NCBI GenBank assembly: GCA_951406725.2
Contig: OX597819.1
Span: forward strand, 23,250,001 to 23,314,000
DNA length: 64,000 bases
From: Octopus vulgaris
Lineage: Eukaryota
Reading direction: 5' to 3'
In this document: positions 13,213 to 27,469 of the stretch, in pieces
How the letters are laid out: each line of letters opens with the position of its first letter
Numbering within the stretch: the stretch's first letter is position 1
Notes under the pieces: model-generated
Databases searched by the model: none
Told to the model about the DNA's origin: nothing
Seen by the model: the letters and a program-made list of their open reading frames with translations, nothing else
Made by a program: the position numbers and the translations under genes

Positions 13213-14397
13213 TAGCATTAAAGACCCGTCGTTGCCGGGTCATAGTGCTAGTGCATGTATATATGTGTATATATATGTGTACATATTACATGTATATCTA
13301 TATATATATATACATCTACACATAAAATACAAAATACAAAGTTATATCTTGATATCGCTAGTGATAACAATACTCAAAATATATAACAGACTGGAATTGT
13401 TAGCCCGTCTCTTGTAATTTCGATCAATTGTATCTTGTCCTCCCTCTTGTATAGAAGTGTGGCTACAATCCAAGCCTACCTCTACTTCTGGGGGGGGGGG
13501 GGCATTAAAAATTTTTTCCGGGACGTCCCACGTCCCAGATATAAAGGTAAAAATAGAATATTTCCCCTTAGCAAGTTCGATTCGAGTACTCCCTTGCACG
13601 CTCCGCTGACTCGAACCTTGCTTCTATTGTGCCGAATTTACCGCCTCTGATTAGATATCTTTCATAGTCGCACCAAGACACTTTTCGAAGGTGATTTCCT
13701 CCATGTGTTCAAATCTTCTTTTTTCTCTACATTGTATACTTTATAGACAATAGTCTTTTCTTTAATTTAATGTTTTATTATTCATCTGGACTATTCCATT
13801 TCTGCACGCTAATTTTATTTTTAATTTATTCCCATTCATGTGAAACCACTTATACAAGTTAAAGTCATTGATGCAATTTTATACCAATTGCTATTTTTAC
13901 TTTTGTTATGTTACGATTATATTATACTTTAGTTTGATTTTAATTATTACTTACTACATATAATTCAATTGTTATTATTATTTTTATTGTTAAAGTGAAA
14001 GTATCTGACATAAAATAGAGAAACGTTTTTGTTTCACTTTTAACACGTAATACTGAAATAGTGGAGAAGATATGATATTGCTATGGGCTCGCTCTAGGCA
14101 AGACGTTGAACATTTTTTTGCCCATGAAACTACATGGACCCTAAGTAAGGCATGTGTAAAATTTGAATGGAATTGGTTGTGTAGTTCTCAAGTTTTAGGG
14201 AATCGTAGTGGACAAGATATGATATTGCTGTGGGCTCGCCCTAGGCAAAAAGTTAAAAATTATTTTTGCCGAAGACACTCCCCGTACCCTAAGTAAGGCA
14301 TGTGTAAAATTTAAATGAAATTGGTTGTGTAGTTCTCAAGTTTTAGGGAAACAGACAGACAGACAGACACACATTCTCCGTTTTATATATATAAAGA
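13212..14397 (-). mobile_element. Non-autonomous Helitron
   Basis: Minus strand reads A|TCTTTATATATATAAAA...gacccggcaacgacgggtc hairpin...CTAG|T; internal ~147-bp tandem duplication at 14058-14350. Confidence 0.85.
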
Positions 14398-14404
14398 TAT
14401 ATAT

Positions 14405-14617
14405 ATGGTTAATCCAAACAAGAAAGCACAAAAAAACACAACAACGCGAGGACGTGGAACAAATATAGTATTATTGGACGCTCAGGAAAGAAGGAAAGAA
14501 GGAGGGTTTAACGTTTTGAGCGGAGCTCTGCGTCGGAAACATAGGAGAAGGAAAGATCCAGAGAAGGGAAGACAGAGGGAAAAAATCGCCAACGGTACTC
14601 ACGCGGTCACATTTTGA
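14405..14617 (-). mobile_element. Penelope-like terminal fragment with decayed hammerhead
   Basis: Reverse complement gttt-CCGACGC-a-gagc-tcc-gctc-aAAA-cg-TT-aaac at 14506-14540; shares a cctgagcg...aatac segment with 2460-2685. Confidence 0.55.
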
Positions 14618-14788
14618 ATATAGATATATATGTGTGTGTGTAAATATAGATATATGTACATATATATATGTAAATATATATATATATGTGTGTGTAAATA
14701 TATATATATACACACACACACTCACTCTCATATTTTGCGTCTTGTTTATTTTGTTTGTACAATTAAACTTTCTCTCTCTCTCTTTATA

Positions 14789-14854
<66 letters not shown>

Positions 14855-15667
14855 GCACATACATACACAGACGAAGATATGTGGATGTGGTTTTGTAAAC
14901 AAATGTGTGTGAAAGGTGTGCACTTGTATATGAAGAGGAACCGGAAGACTGGGCGGTGATTGGTTAATCATTTTAGAAAACAATTGCTGAGTGTCCGACT
15001 CAACCCCACTGGATTGTTCAAGCTTGTTTCCCATCACTACATCTCTCCAGATTTCACCTACCTGCAATCGATCGTTTGTTGGATAAAACAACAGCACAGC
15101 ACAACCGCCTCTAAGAAATCATCATGCACAACAGTTAATCTCTCACTGAAACAGAGTTGCCTTGGTCAGCATCAGTAACCTAAACGCGTTCTTCTAAAAC
15201 CACACCACACATAATCATACACCCATGCATAAAGATAGATGCATTCCACTCCTGCTCATGATCAATACATCCACGAAACCGCAGGTATACGCTATTATGC
15301 TTTGTTCATACCACCAACACGTTTATTCGCTGTTATACTCACACATGCACATTCACACATTAACACAATTTTCTCCATGCGCTTGATTTGTTACTGAATC
15401 TTTTACACATACACAATATAGCTCACTACACTTTGCTATGTTTAGGTTTCTCAGCACACGCATCCACTCTCCCTTCCTCCTATCTCTCTTGACAACGGAC
15501 AGCTGTGCAAAACGTTGATTTCAATTTCTTACCTTTCAACCTCATCGTAAACACATTGACTTTGTAGTACTTTTTTAATGTAATATACTTTAACAGAGCT
15601 AGAATTGTCTAGGTTACTAGCGTTTGATTTAGCTAATCAAAAACACCTATATATATATAAATATACA

Positions 15668-16721
15668 TTGGTAACATTTTTTACCACTATAAAATAGCTG
15701 TTCTATATTTTAACCCCAGGAAAGCAGCTTTCCCAGCTGGTTAACGACTCACAACCCGTGTTCGATATATTGTAAGGGACCAAGTCACTCCCCTCTAGCT
15801 TGGCAAGACCAGTAGACTACGGTTTCTGGGTCTTTACCGGTCATGGGTACTGGATACCTGCCTGCTAGAGATGGCAGTCAATCGTGCCTACTCACAATAT
15901 ATAAACAGAGAAGCGGTAGGCAGCTGCTGATCTCGTAACGAGCAAAGTATCTAGTTTTAAAATCTCTAAACGAAATAAAAGTAGTAACACTACTAGATGG
16001 TGACATATTTTTTTTGCCACTATAACATGGCTGTTCTATACAGAAAATATCTTTTCCGGCTATTGGGTTGTCCGGAAAGTTAGTGCCGATTTTTAAAGGA
16101 AAGAAAAAGATCAATAAATACTTGCCATTACATTTTTAATCAACCAAATATGAACCATTTTGTTGCACAATGCATCTCCATCTTTTCTTTAACTTGAATG
16201 ACCACCCTCCCTTTACATAACTCCCTGTCCCCCTACATGGCCTAGCTTTTGCTTTTTGAACCAATAAAAATTTAATTGGATTGAAAATACCCTTTCCCCA
16301 GAATTGAGGTGGTTTCATGGCAAAGAATTCATCATGGTATCTTTTTACGTCATCCAAGGAATTGAAATTTTTACCATTGAGACTATTCTGCAGAGACCTG
16401 AATAAGTGGAAATCCGAAGGAGCAATATCTGGTGAATATGGAGGGTGAGGTAAGATAAGCTACTATAAATCGGCACGAACTTTCCGGACAATTCAATATT
16501 TAACGACACACAACCTGCGTTCGATATATTGTGATGAGTAAGGGAGCGAATCACTCACCTCCAGATTAGTAAGACTAGTAGACCATGGTTTCTGGATCTT
16601 TATCCGTCAACGGTACTGGAAACCTGCCTGCTGGAAAAGACGTTTTCCTGGGGTTAAAATGTAGTAACACAGTTCTGTATAGAACAGCCATGTTATAGTG
16701 GTAGAAAAATGTTACCGTCTA
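15668..16721. mobile_element. Two tandem copies of a MITE-like unit; second copy interrupted by a mariner derivative
   Basis: ggtaacattttttaccactataa at 15669 and 15999, inverted at about 16677-16721; internal segment 15742-15874 repeated at 16500-16635. Confidence 0.7.
16063..16496 (-). mobile_element. mariner deletion derivative with both TIRs
   Basis: TA-flanked TIRs ttgggttgtccggaaagttagtgccgattt / aaatcggcacgaactttccggacaattcaa; C-terminal HPPYSPDIAPSDFHLFRSLQN...RWRCIVQQNGSY. Confidence 0.9.
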
Positions 16722-16789
16722 ATATTCTTACTACTAATATCTCGTTTAGTAATTTTCGAACTAGCTACTTCGCTCGTTGTATACTCTCT

Positions 16790-17282
<493 letters not shown>

Positions 17283-17913
17283 ATATATATTCTTTTGTCA
17301 TTTGACTTGTTTCAGTCTTTGGACTACCTCTGTACTTAATCACAGCCTTGACGGGTTTTTTGTCGAACGATTTGGCCCCAGTACTTATTATAATTTTATA
17401 TTTTAAGCCTGGTACTTATTCAAATGATGCTTTTGCCGAATTGCTAAGTAATTCCAAAACCTTTTTCGAATACAATATGACCACCATAGACATGGCCAAT
17501 TTCTTCTCAGAGCCTCTCTTATTGTTGCTTCAACTGTTTCGGCATCACTAAACAGACCCTCTAATTGCATACGCACACACACACATACACACACGCGCAC
17601 AATACACACACACACACGCATACACACACGCATACACACAAACACACACATACTTTCTCCCGAACTGTATGACCTAGAAACCCTTTTAATTCATGCTTTT
17701 GCTTTTCTTACTGGCATCAGTATTCAGATTTTTATCCTGAACATAAATCGTACAATGCCCATTAATCTGTAGCACCCAAAATTGTATACGTGACATTTCT
17801 TCTTTGCTTACAAAATACAAAGATGTTATCTTCCTTGGCATTTTTTTCTATTTGCTATATGCAGTTTTGATTCTTTCCTACATATTTTCTCTGTACGAGA
17901 CAGGGAGAGAGAA

Positions 17914-17996
17914 TGAGGAAGAGGAGGAGGAGGAGGAGGAGGAGGAGGAAGAGGAGGAGGAGGAGGAGGAGGAGGAGGAGGAGGAGGAGGAGGAGA
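17914..17996. repeat. (GAG)n microsatellite
   Basis: Directly visible. Confidence 0.95.
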
Positions 17997-18769
17997 GAGA
18001 GAAAATGCAAAAGAAAGGCAGAGTAAGCGTGTAATTCATTATTGAGTGTTCCAATCCTGGACAAGGCAGCATTCAGTATAATATGTTAAAGATAGTGAAT
18101 GAAAATATGTTACAGTGCGAACCTTTGCGTCCATTGAATAGATAGGAAGGTAGTAAGACAACAAAGTAGTATTGAATACATTTGAATCTTCACGTTAAGC
18201 ACTGCCAAAGCAAACTAAGAAAACAAAAAGAAATATATGGCAATACTGAAGTATGTCGAAATCATGGAACCTTTCACTCTACAAAGAAGATACCGTTTTT
18301 GAAAGAAACCAAAGTTCTTTGCTATATATAATTCAAGTAAGGGTTCGTCGACTTGTTTTTATTTTCGAATTCAAGCCATTCTAGAAGTATCCCACTACAA
18401 GTATCCACTAGAAGTATCCCTCTGCAAGGATATCTCAATGAAAGGTCTATAAATATGTAATAAATTTTATTTAGGTTTATTCATGTGCCTCATGTTATTC
18501 CAGGCTGACGATTTTAAATAAGACTAAAATGGCACTACGTCTGGTTATCTGTGACTAAAAACTTTAAGATCTTTGTAATGAGTAAAAACAAAAGGAAAAA
18601 ATTAGATATGTATATTTTTTGCATCTTCGTATTTGCTATTCGATATCATATTCAAACTGTTAATACCGCCATCTTTGGTCTGCAAAATATTACGTCCCTT
18701 ATAATCACTAGAGCGTACCACGCGTTTAACTTTCTAAATTATTTTTTGTAGAATTTTTCAGTAAGAAGT

Positions 18770-19087
18770 ACCAAAGATACCGTCTTCTCCATCTGGAATT
18801 AAGACCCAGTACTGTTAGAATTTGGGTTTCAAGGGTCCAGAAATGTTCAGCAGAAGATATACAACCACAGAGATTCGCGAGATGCAGAAGTGGAAGTCTT
18901 CAAAGAGCGTCTGGACAAATTTTTATCTCAGATACCAGATGAACTCACATCGCAGCCGGAGGCACAAAGAAAAGCATCTCTGTCCAATTCCCTATTTCAC
19001 CAGAACAATGTTGAAAAGAAATCCAAACACACTGAAAGGTAGTGCACTAGCATGACCTCAGCCTGTGGCTGAAACCAGTAGAAAAGC
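18770..19087 (+). mobile_element. CR1-group LINE 3' end
   Basis: GFKGPEMF...VEVFKERLDKFLSQIPDE...SNSL; 3' tail ggtagtgcactagcatgacctcagcc...gctgaaaccagtagaaaag. Confidence 0.75.
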
Positions 19088-19437
19088 TTTAAAAAAGCTT
19101 AGCTTCCTGAGAAGATTTTAGGGTGGGAATTATTATCAATTCCAATATATGACTGATACCTATTCCATCGACCCAGAAGGATGAAAAATGAAGTTGTTCC
19201 ATATAAGATTTGAAATGAAGTGGTAAAAGAACCGGAGTAAACACGGATTCGACATCCCACCACTCTCTGCAATGCCGTGGCATATTGAATTTTTCATGCG
19301 CACACACGCGCATATTATACACACACATGTATACATATATATATATTTAGAAAGAGAGAGAGAGAGTGAGATACATACCTACATACATCTATATATATAC
19401 ATACATACATACATACATACATACATACATACATACA

Positions 19438-19489
<52 letters not shown>

Positions 19490-20230
19490 CATTTCTCGAA
19501 AATGAATAGACATATAATGGCAACTAACACCAAATTATATCCGATTTCTATCATCATAATAACGCTTCATACAGTGTGCTATAAGATAAGATGAAATAAT
19601 ATATAATACAATATAATATAATATAATATAATATAATATAATATAATATAATATAATATAATATAATGTAATATGATATAATGTAATATAATATAATAAA
19701 AGAGAATACGATATAAGATAATATCATAAAACAGAATGTTATTTCAAGATATTTTAGATCTCAATAAAGTAAAACTGCACCATTTCGGTAAGTTTGTTAT
19801 GGATATTGAAATACAATTCGTTAATACGTTAGATATTTCAGGAATATTATATGCTAAGATAAGATGCCTAATAAGTCTTTGTATTCACTGAGCCTTCGAC
19901 AGATATACAAAGGATTAATTTCTATGTTATATTTTGGTAGCTGATCACATGTCCTTGTATATATATTCAATAAACTGTTGTGTTAACAGTTCCGGTGCTT
20001 CTATATAGTCTGCATGGTGTGTTGGAGATATCTAGACTAGCGTTTCTAAGTGTTTTTATATATTCTGCTCGAATCATAAGGCTGTTGCGTCTTTCGTTTC
20101 AGTAACAAGTCAAATATTTTTGTTTCATCTTTATACTTCTGTTACGGATCTAATACTTACATACACGCACTTATACGTGGACCACACATACACACATACT
20201 ATATTAATATACTGTGATATTCATATACAT

Positions 20231-20290
<60 letters not shown>

Positions 20291-20601
20291 ATTAGAGAGT
20301 ATGACTCCAAACTTACAGGGAAAAATTAGATTTAGGATTAAATCAAATTTCACAGTATGAATATATAAAATACGAATTAGAGATAAAACCACGATTAGGC
20401 AACACAAACAGTGATAGACATAAACCGATACATAAATAACAAATAATGTAAATATAGTTTAATATAGTATATACTATATATATATAACATTTCAAATTTT
20501 ACTTATTATATTATATTTATTACTTATATTATATTTATCATTCTTTTTATACTAAAAAAATTAATTTAAATTTTAAATTTTTTATATATATATAAAAGTA
20601 A

Positions 20602-20940
20602 AGACCCCCTTCGGTCATGAATGACCATGGGATTGCACCTAGAAAGTTACCCTCCTAGACACAAGTCTGGGCAAGGTTGTTTTTTTTTATGGAAGGCCAG
20701 CAGTCGCCCATGCATACCAGCCTCCCCTCTCCACGCCACCAGTGTTATCCAAGGGAAAGACAAAGGTCGATACAGCTTGGCACCAGTGACGTCGCAACTC
20801 ATTTCTACAGCTGAGTGAACTGGAGCAACGTGAAATAAAGTGCCTTGCTCGAGAACACAACACGCAGCCCGGTCCGGGATTCGAGCTCACAACCTCACGA
20901 TCGTAAGCTCGACGCTCTAACCACTGAGCCATGCGCCTTC
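20602..20940 (-). mobile_element. tRNA-derived SINE (family B)
   Basis: Head aggcgcatggctcagtggttagagcg with A/B-box-like motifs, then ttgctccagttcactcagctgtagaaatgag. Confidence 0.85.
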
Positions 20941-20941
20941 A

Positions 20942-21123
<182 letters not shown>

Positions 21124-21860
21124 GTGAAAAGGAACACACGAGTTGATATATATGAAAAAACAAGTAAAAAATAGAAAATGCTAAAATAATTTTATAGTAT
21201 AGTATATATATATATATATATAGAAGAAAAGTTTTTTATATATAGTATATATGTATTCTGCCTTCTTGACTCCCTTGTTTGCACTTGTGTGTTCGAGGTA
21301 GTTGTGAGTTCTGTAGGTAGTAGAGGAAGGCTGGTGAGGAAAGGGTGGGAGAATCTGGAGTGCCCTGATGGTCGTATTTTGAATGGTCAGTGGCGGCTGG
21401 CAGTCTATATATATATTATATATACTAAAAAACATTAGTGACAAACTTAAGGGGTAGGGGTGAGAAGAAGAAGAAGAAGAAGAAGAAGGAGAAGGAGAAG
21501 ATGATGGTGATGGTGGTGATGATTATGACGACGATGATGATGATAACGATGATGATGAAGAAGAAGAAGAAGAAGAAGAAGAAGAAGAAGAAGAGAAGGA
21601 GAAGATGGTGGTGATGATGATGACGCCGATGATGATGATAACGATATATATAATATATACATAGGTCTCAAAATGACCGAAACCGGTATGAAATGTTCAC
21701 TATAAAATATATATATGATATATTATATTAATTATATTTATATTATTTGTTATTTATGCATTGGTTTACGTCTATCACTGTTTGAGTCGCCTATTAGTGG
21801 TTTTATCTGTAATTCATATTTTATATATAAATATATATATTTATATATATATATATATGA

Positions 21861-21891
<31 letters not shown>

Positions 21892-22010
21892 GGGAGATGG
21901 ACTCGCATAGCAAGTGATTTGATCTGAGATCGTGTGCTGAAACGAAAACAATTGCAGCGTGGAAGGTGTTTGTAAGCCATTTAAGAAACACAAAAGCCGT
22001 TCGATTCACT

Positions 22011-22101
<91 letters not shown>

Positions 22102-22574
22102 GTAGATGTGATTTTACAAACAGTATTTTCTAGCAAACCCAATACTATATTAGAGCAAACAGTTATAGATATCCTCAGCTAGTCTACAATTTTTAAAGAT
22201 CTTCCTTTTTTACTCCTACGCTACTACTAATGTTGGCCGCCGATTATTTGCAGTGAAATGCTCCATTTGTGCATTTATACTTGAAACAGCTGTAAGGAAG
22301 CTATCTGCGCACTCCCTTCCTTCCACCTTTCTCCTGATCCATCTTTGGATTGTAGCTTTACCTAATTACTATAATTCGGACGTATCGTATAACTATTTCA
22401 GAAGAATACTAGGATATGCCGTAATCATTATGAAAAGTCTTCAACTGATCTTATTAACCTCTTGTGGTCTATCCTTCTGTAGCGTTCATTTCTTCCCTCA
22501 AGCTGCTTCAATGTTTAGATATATAGATGTCATGCTCTGACCTCGTAGCATTTGTTTGCTTGTTTTATACTTTT

Positions 22575-23850
22575 ATTCTACATGTAATTTGCTCAGTTAG
22601 AAAGACCGCATGAACTAAAAGTTGGAGGGGATAGGATAAAATACCTGCATCAACTTGCTATAAAAGCAGGTAGTAATTTTACCTTGTCCTTATACATAGT
22701 GCAAGATTTGAAGAGTGCAGTTATTATTTCAAAGCTGTAATGGAAGTGACAAAGGAGCATATTCGGCATAATTTGCTTTATGAGTTCAATAAAAGCAACA
22801 ACGCAATGAGAATGTGCGAGGAATATTAATGCAAGGTATGGGAGTCGGACAATAAACGTAAGCCAGTGTCAAAGGTGGTTCCAGAAATTCCGAGCCGGAA
22901 ACTACAGCCTAGAAGACGAGCCTCGTCCTGGAAGATATGTAAAGCTCGACGAGGACGTCCTGCAAACCCTGGTGGAACAGAATCCCAACGTGACTATTGA
23001 AGAACTAGCAGAGAAGCTTGGATTTGGTCATTCAACCATTCATACACCTGCCTGGCATCGGGAAAAGTCAGCAAATTAGGGCAATAGGTTCCTCACAAAC
23101 ATACCGAGTCTAATCGCTCGCAGAGAGTGAATGTGTGCTCTTCTTTGCTCACATCTCACGAATGAACCTTTTTTTTTTTTTTGGACCGAATAGTGACTAG
23201 TAATGAGAAATGGGTTCTCTATAAAAATGTCAAGCGCCGAAGACAGTGGATAGGGAAAGGAGAAACACCGGCACCCCAGGCTAAAGAAGGTCTTCACCCA
23301 CGTAAGGTGTTGTTATCTGTTTGGTGGGATATGAAAAGTTTAGTCCACATTCAACTCTTTTAAACCCAAACCAAACGATAAAAAAGATCTACTTGTGAGA
23401 AGGTTGAACGGCTTAAGTTAGCATTAGAAGAAAAACGACCATCTTTGGTTTCAAGACGAAAGGTGTTCTTCCATCAGGATAATGCTCGACCACATACAAC
23501 GAGGATCACATTTCAAAGGCTGGAGCAGTTTGAATGGGAAAAGATGACCACCCACCATATTCGACGAACATTGTCTCATCTGATTATCATTTATTCCGCA
23601 GTCTTCAAAATCATTTGGACGGAAAAAATATGAATACTGTAGACGAAGTTAAAAACAGTACTGGGGGACTATTTTTCGTCACGGACAAGTAAATTTTTAA
23701 AGAGAGACCTTGCAAGTCTACCAGATTGATGGAAGAGCATTCTAGAAAATGAAGGAGAGTATACTTTAGATTAAAAAAGAACTTTGTTTATCCAAAATTT
23801 TGAAAAATAAAAGCAGTGTAAAAAACCACATTATTTATGGAATGACACTA
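22575..23850 (+). mobile_element. mariner (DD34D) transposase pseudogene, left TIR not found
   Basis: ATG at 22740 (MEVTKEHIRH), IVTSNEKWVLY, KVLLSVWWD, HQDNARPH, DYHLFRSLQNHL; multiple frameshifts; right TIR ending in TA near 23850. Confidence 0.9.
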
Positions 23851-24061
23851 TATATATATATATATATTAATAAATAAAATAAAACATATGCATATATATA
23901 AACATATATGTACGTACCTACCTCTACATGTACATATACACGCATATATGAGTACAGGACACCAAAAAGGACGTCGAACACAATGAGAAACGAAAACATA
24001 GACACAAACCAAAGGAACTGGACATTTATTAAAAACACCAAATATATATATACATATATAT

Positions 24062-24645
24062 ATGGTAAATGAAAGACGGAAAACGGAAGATACGAGGATT
24101 TTTATTCATCACTACACTTATTTCGACACATCTGGCATCGATCCCTCACAGATGGGATTCTTCTCTTCAGGTGATAAATATATAACTCGTTAAAATAACG
24201 GTTTTGCAACGTATCTTCACATTTCGCGTAAAGAAAAGCAACAAATTAAAGGATATATCTTCATTTGTATAGAAGATCAATAATAAAATAACAGATCCAA
24301 AAAAGAAACGAACACGCACTACAGCGAGATAAGTATTAAGAATAACCGTTAGCGGATATGTATGTATAAACGTCCAAGCGTAAGTTGTATGACGCATGTA
24401 CACTCGCTCATACAAGCATCCACGAAGATGTAAGCATACGCACATAAGTTCTCATAGCGCGTTAAATAGCTGCTTGGTGTTTATAAGAATGGGGAGATTT
24501 AAAGCTAAACATTATTATTTCATACCTTACAGTAAATTATCTTAACAGTTATTCCCATTGCATCTATTATTCAGAGTTTCGTCCAAGACAAGGCTGTTCG
24601 CGACTGTAGGGCAGATTAAACTGCTTAAGATATAATGACGCTTTC
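24062..24645 (-). mobile_element. Probable Penelope-like terminal fragment containing a hammerhead motif (24108-24175)
   Basis: Minus strand atcac-CTGAAGA-branched stem II-GAAA-taagtg-TA-gtgat; abuts (TA)n. Confidence 0.55.
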
Positions 24646-24678
24646 AGATTGGATAGTTGTGGATGAATGATGACTTCG

Positions 24679-24912
24679 AAGGCAAGCTGGCAGAAACGTT
24701 AGCACGCTGGGCGAAATGCTTACTGGTATTTCGTCTGCCGTTACGTTCTGAGTTCAAATTCCACCGAGGTCGACTTTGCCTTTCATCTCCCTTCGGGGGT
24801 CGATTCAATAAGTACCAGTTACGCACTGGGGTCAATATAATCGATTTAATCCCTTTGTCTGTCTTTGTTTGTCCCCTCTGTGTTTAGTCTCCTGTGGGCA
24901 ATAAGGAAATAT
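24679..24912 (+). mobile_element. Meta-like SINE monomer
   Basis: aaggcaagctggcagaaacgttagc...gcctttcatc...gtcgattcaataagtaccag...gtgggcaataagg. Confidence 0.85.
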
Positions 24913-25019
24913 TGGGATTATACAAAATTAGATTACATTAATTAGATAAATTAAAAATGTCTCGAACAAAGATTGGTTCAGGTCATGTATAACTTAATAA
25001 CGCCATCTGATAAGATTTG

Positions 25020-25410
25020 CTAAATCCTCTTTAAGTCAAGTTTTGTGGTATCATGGCCCATTCAAATGGAAGGGTTCTTGTTGAGTGAGTTGTATCCAGG
25101 TATAGGTGGCTTATCTGATCTCCCTTGAAGAAATTTGTTCAGATTCCATTTAAAGGTGATGGGATTGTTTTCCTCCTTAATTTGTTTTGGGAGAATGTTA
25201 AATAGTGTAGGGCCGCTTAAGGGAAAGAAATTTTGTTGCAGTGTATTTATGTGTTGTGATCCCAAATTGTGTAGGGGATGTATGGCACTTGGATGAATTC
25301 TGAAACTAATGTTCAGTTCGTTTGGAAGTTGTTGGTGGTATATTCCCCACATTATGCAAATGATGTATCGCTCACGGCGGCGCTGGGGAGAACAGAGTTT
25401 CAATGCTTTA
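25020..25410 (-). mobile_element. CR1-group LINE 3' fragment
   Basis: QRRRERYIIC...GPTLFNILPKQIKE...FKWNLNKFL...DKPPIPGY. Confidence 0.75.
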
Positions 25411-25818
25411 AGGCAATATTAGAAAGATATTATTACGGTGTGTGTAAGTCATTCCTTAATTCAGTTCAAGCTATGAGTTATCTATCGATGTCATTGCGGT
25501 TGTCAAAGGAAGACAAAATTATTGTGGATCAGCCTTGTTTTGGTTCAATCGATGAGACTTAATAGATATTTTTAGAGGAAAGCAAAGTTTTAGGGATAGC
25601 TAATTACTCTGGAAATAATCTTAAGGCTGGCTATTGCTCACCCCGTCCCTCAAATAAACTAACTTCAAGCAATTTAATCTGAACGCCCAAATTTTAATAT
25701 AATAAACCTGTCTAGGCACTCTAAGCAACCTATTGCGTTCTTTGTCAGAGAATGCTGGGAACATGCAGAATATATTTTGAAAATGCTTTACAACTCATAT
25801 ATATAGATAGATAGATAC

Positions 25819-25870
<52 letters not shown>

Positions 25871-26438
25871 AGAGACAGAGAGGCAGAGAGAGCGAGAGAG
25901 AGATACACATGCACCGTAAGAATATGTGTACTAAATGTCATCGTAGCATATGTCTATATATCTTCTTTCCCACCGTTCCAATATGTGTGTATGTATGTAT
26001 GTATGTATGTATGTATGTATGTGCGTGTATTGAGGTATATAAACACACACACACTTAAATATGTACTTGATTAAGTTCGCATCATTTTTGAGTTAGTTTC
26101 TGGGCGCGGGTACCTATATGTATAGAACTATCAATTTTCATTTAAAATGGAATATACACATACATAGCTATATAGACACACGTATGTGAAGAACTAACTA
26201 TATACGTAATTGGGTGAAGTATTGATTGGCTATAAATGAAAACAGACAAGTAGACAGCTTTGTGTACCTTCTCCTCTGTGCCTCTGCCAGCACCTGTAAG
26301 CGACACAGGCTCCAGTCATGCGATTACTGTATTTGAAGTAGTCTATAAATATCGCAATAGCTATCTAATTAGAAACCTTATGTCGAAAAATACATATGCA
26401 GTCCACTTAGCATTGCACATATGCACATGCAGGTAAGT

Positions 26439-26519
<81 letters not shown>

Positions 26520-26638
26520 CAGACAGAGAGACAGACAGACTCACGCAGATCTTCATTGGCATTACTCCACGTATCCATCCTAAACTTATCTATATATTAC
26601 ATTCACGGAAGTTGCATATGTGTAATACATAGGTACCT

Positions 26639-26689
<51 letters not shown>

Positions 26690-26989
26690 CGTGCGTATAT
26701 GTGCATGCGTACATGTGTGTTTCTTGTATGAAAGCTGGGTGCGTAGGTATACAGGTAAAATATTGATATCTTACAAGAACAAACATTGTCGGGGAATGAA
26801 TAGTTTTTTTTCCAGTTGACCCCAGTACTTTATTGATAGTTTTTTTGTTTTGTGTTGTTTTGTTTTGTATTGCTTTTTCTTTTGTGGGGTGTATCGCTCC
26901 TATAATCGAATCGTACGTAGCAGGTTCGAACTCGAACAGTAATGGTATATGAGTAATAACCACAGGGCTATTTTGCCAAAATATTTCAC

Positions 26990-27392
26990 ACGCATAGTGT
27001 ATAAGGGCTTCTTGCTTCCAAGTCAGATGGTTCTGGGTTCAGTCCCACAGCGTGACACCTGAGGCAAGTGTCGACCACGAGTCAAACAAAGCCTTGTGAG
27101 TAGATTTAGCAGACGGAGACTGAAAGAAGCCCGTCTTCAAAATTTATAAATAAATGTGGGAGGGGGTGTCTCTGTGGCTGTTTGTCCTCCACAAGCGCTT
27201 GGCAACCGGTGTTGGTATGCTCACGTCATTATAAACTAGCGGTTCGGCAAAAGTGACCGATCGAGTAACTACTTGGCATTAAAAACAATTCATGGGGTCG
27301 ATTTCTTCGACTATAACCCTTCAAGGAGGTGCCCCAGCATGGTCGCAGTGGGAAATGGCTGAAACAAGTAACAAAGTAAAAGGTAAAAGATA
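26990..27392 (+). mobile_element. CORE-like SINE, diverged
   Basis: Colinear with 32781-33230. Confidence 0.75.
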
Positions 27393-27469
27393 TATATATA
27401 TGTATGTATGTATGTATGTATATGTATATATATATATATGAGTGTGCGTGTATAGTGTATATAACATTA

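Noticed and set aside
17804-18034. Poly-Glu ORF
   Set aside because: (GAG)n microsatellite with no coding context
20870-20940. tRNA-like sequences at SINE 5' ends (also 33678, 52852, 58207)
   Set aside because: They continue into SINE bodies and lack a proper acceptor stem, so they are not tRNA genes
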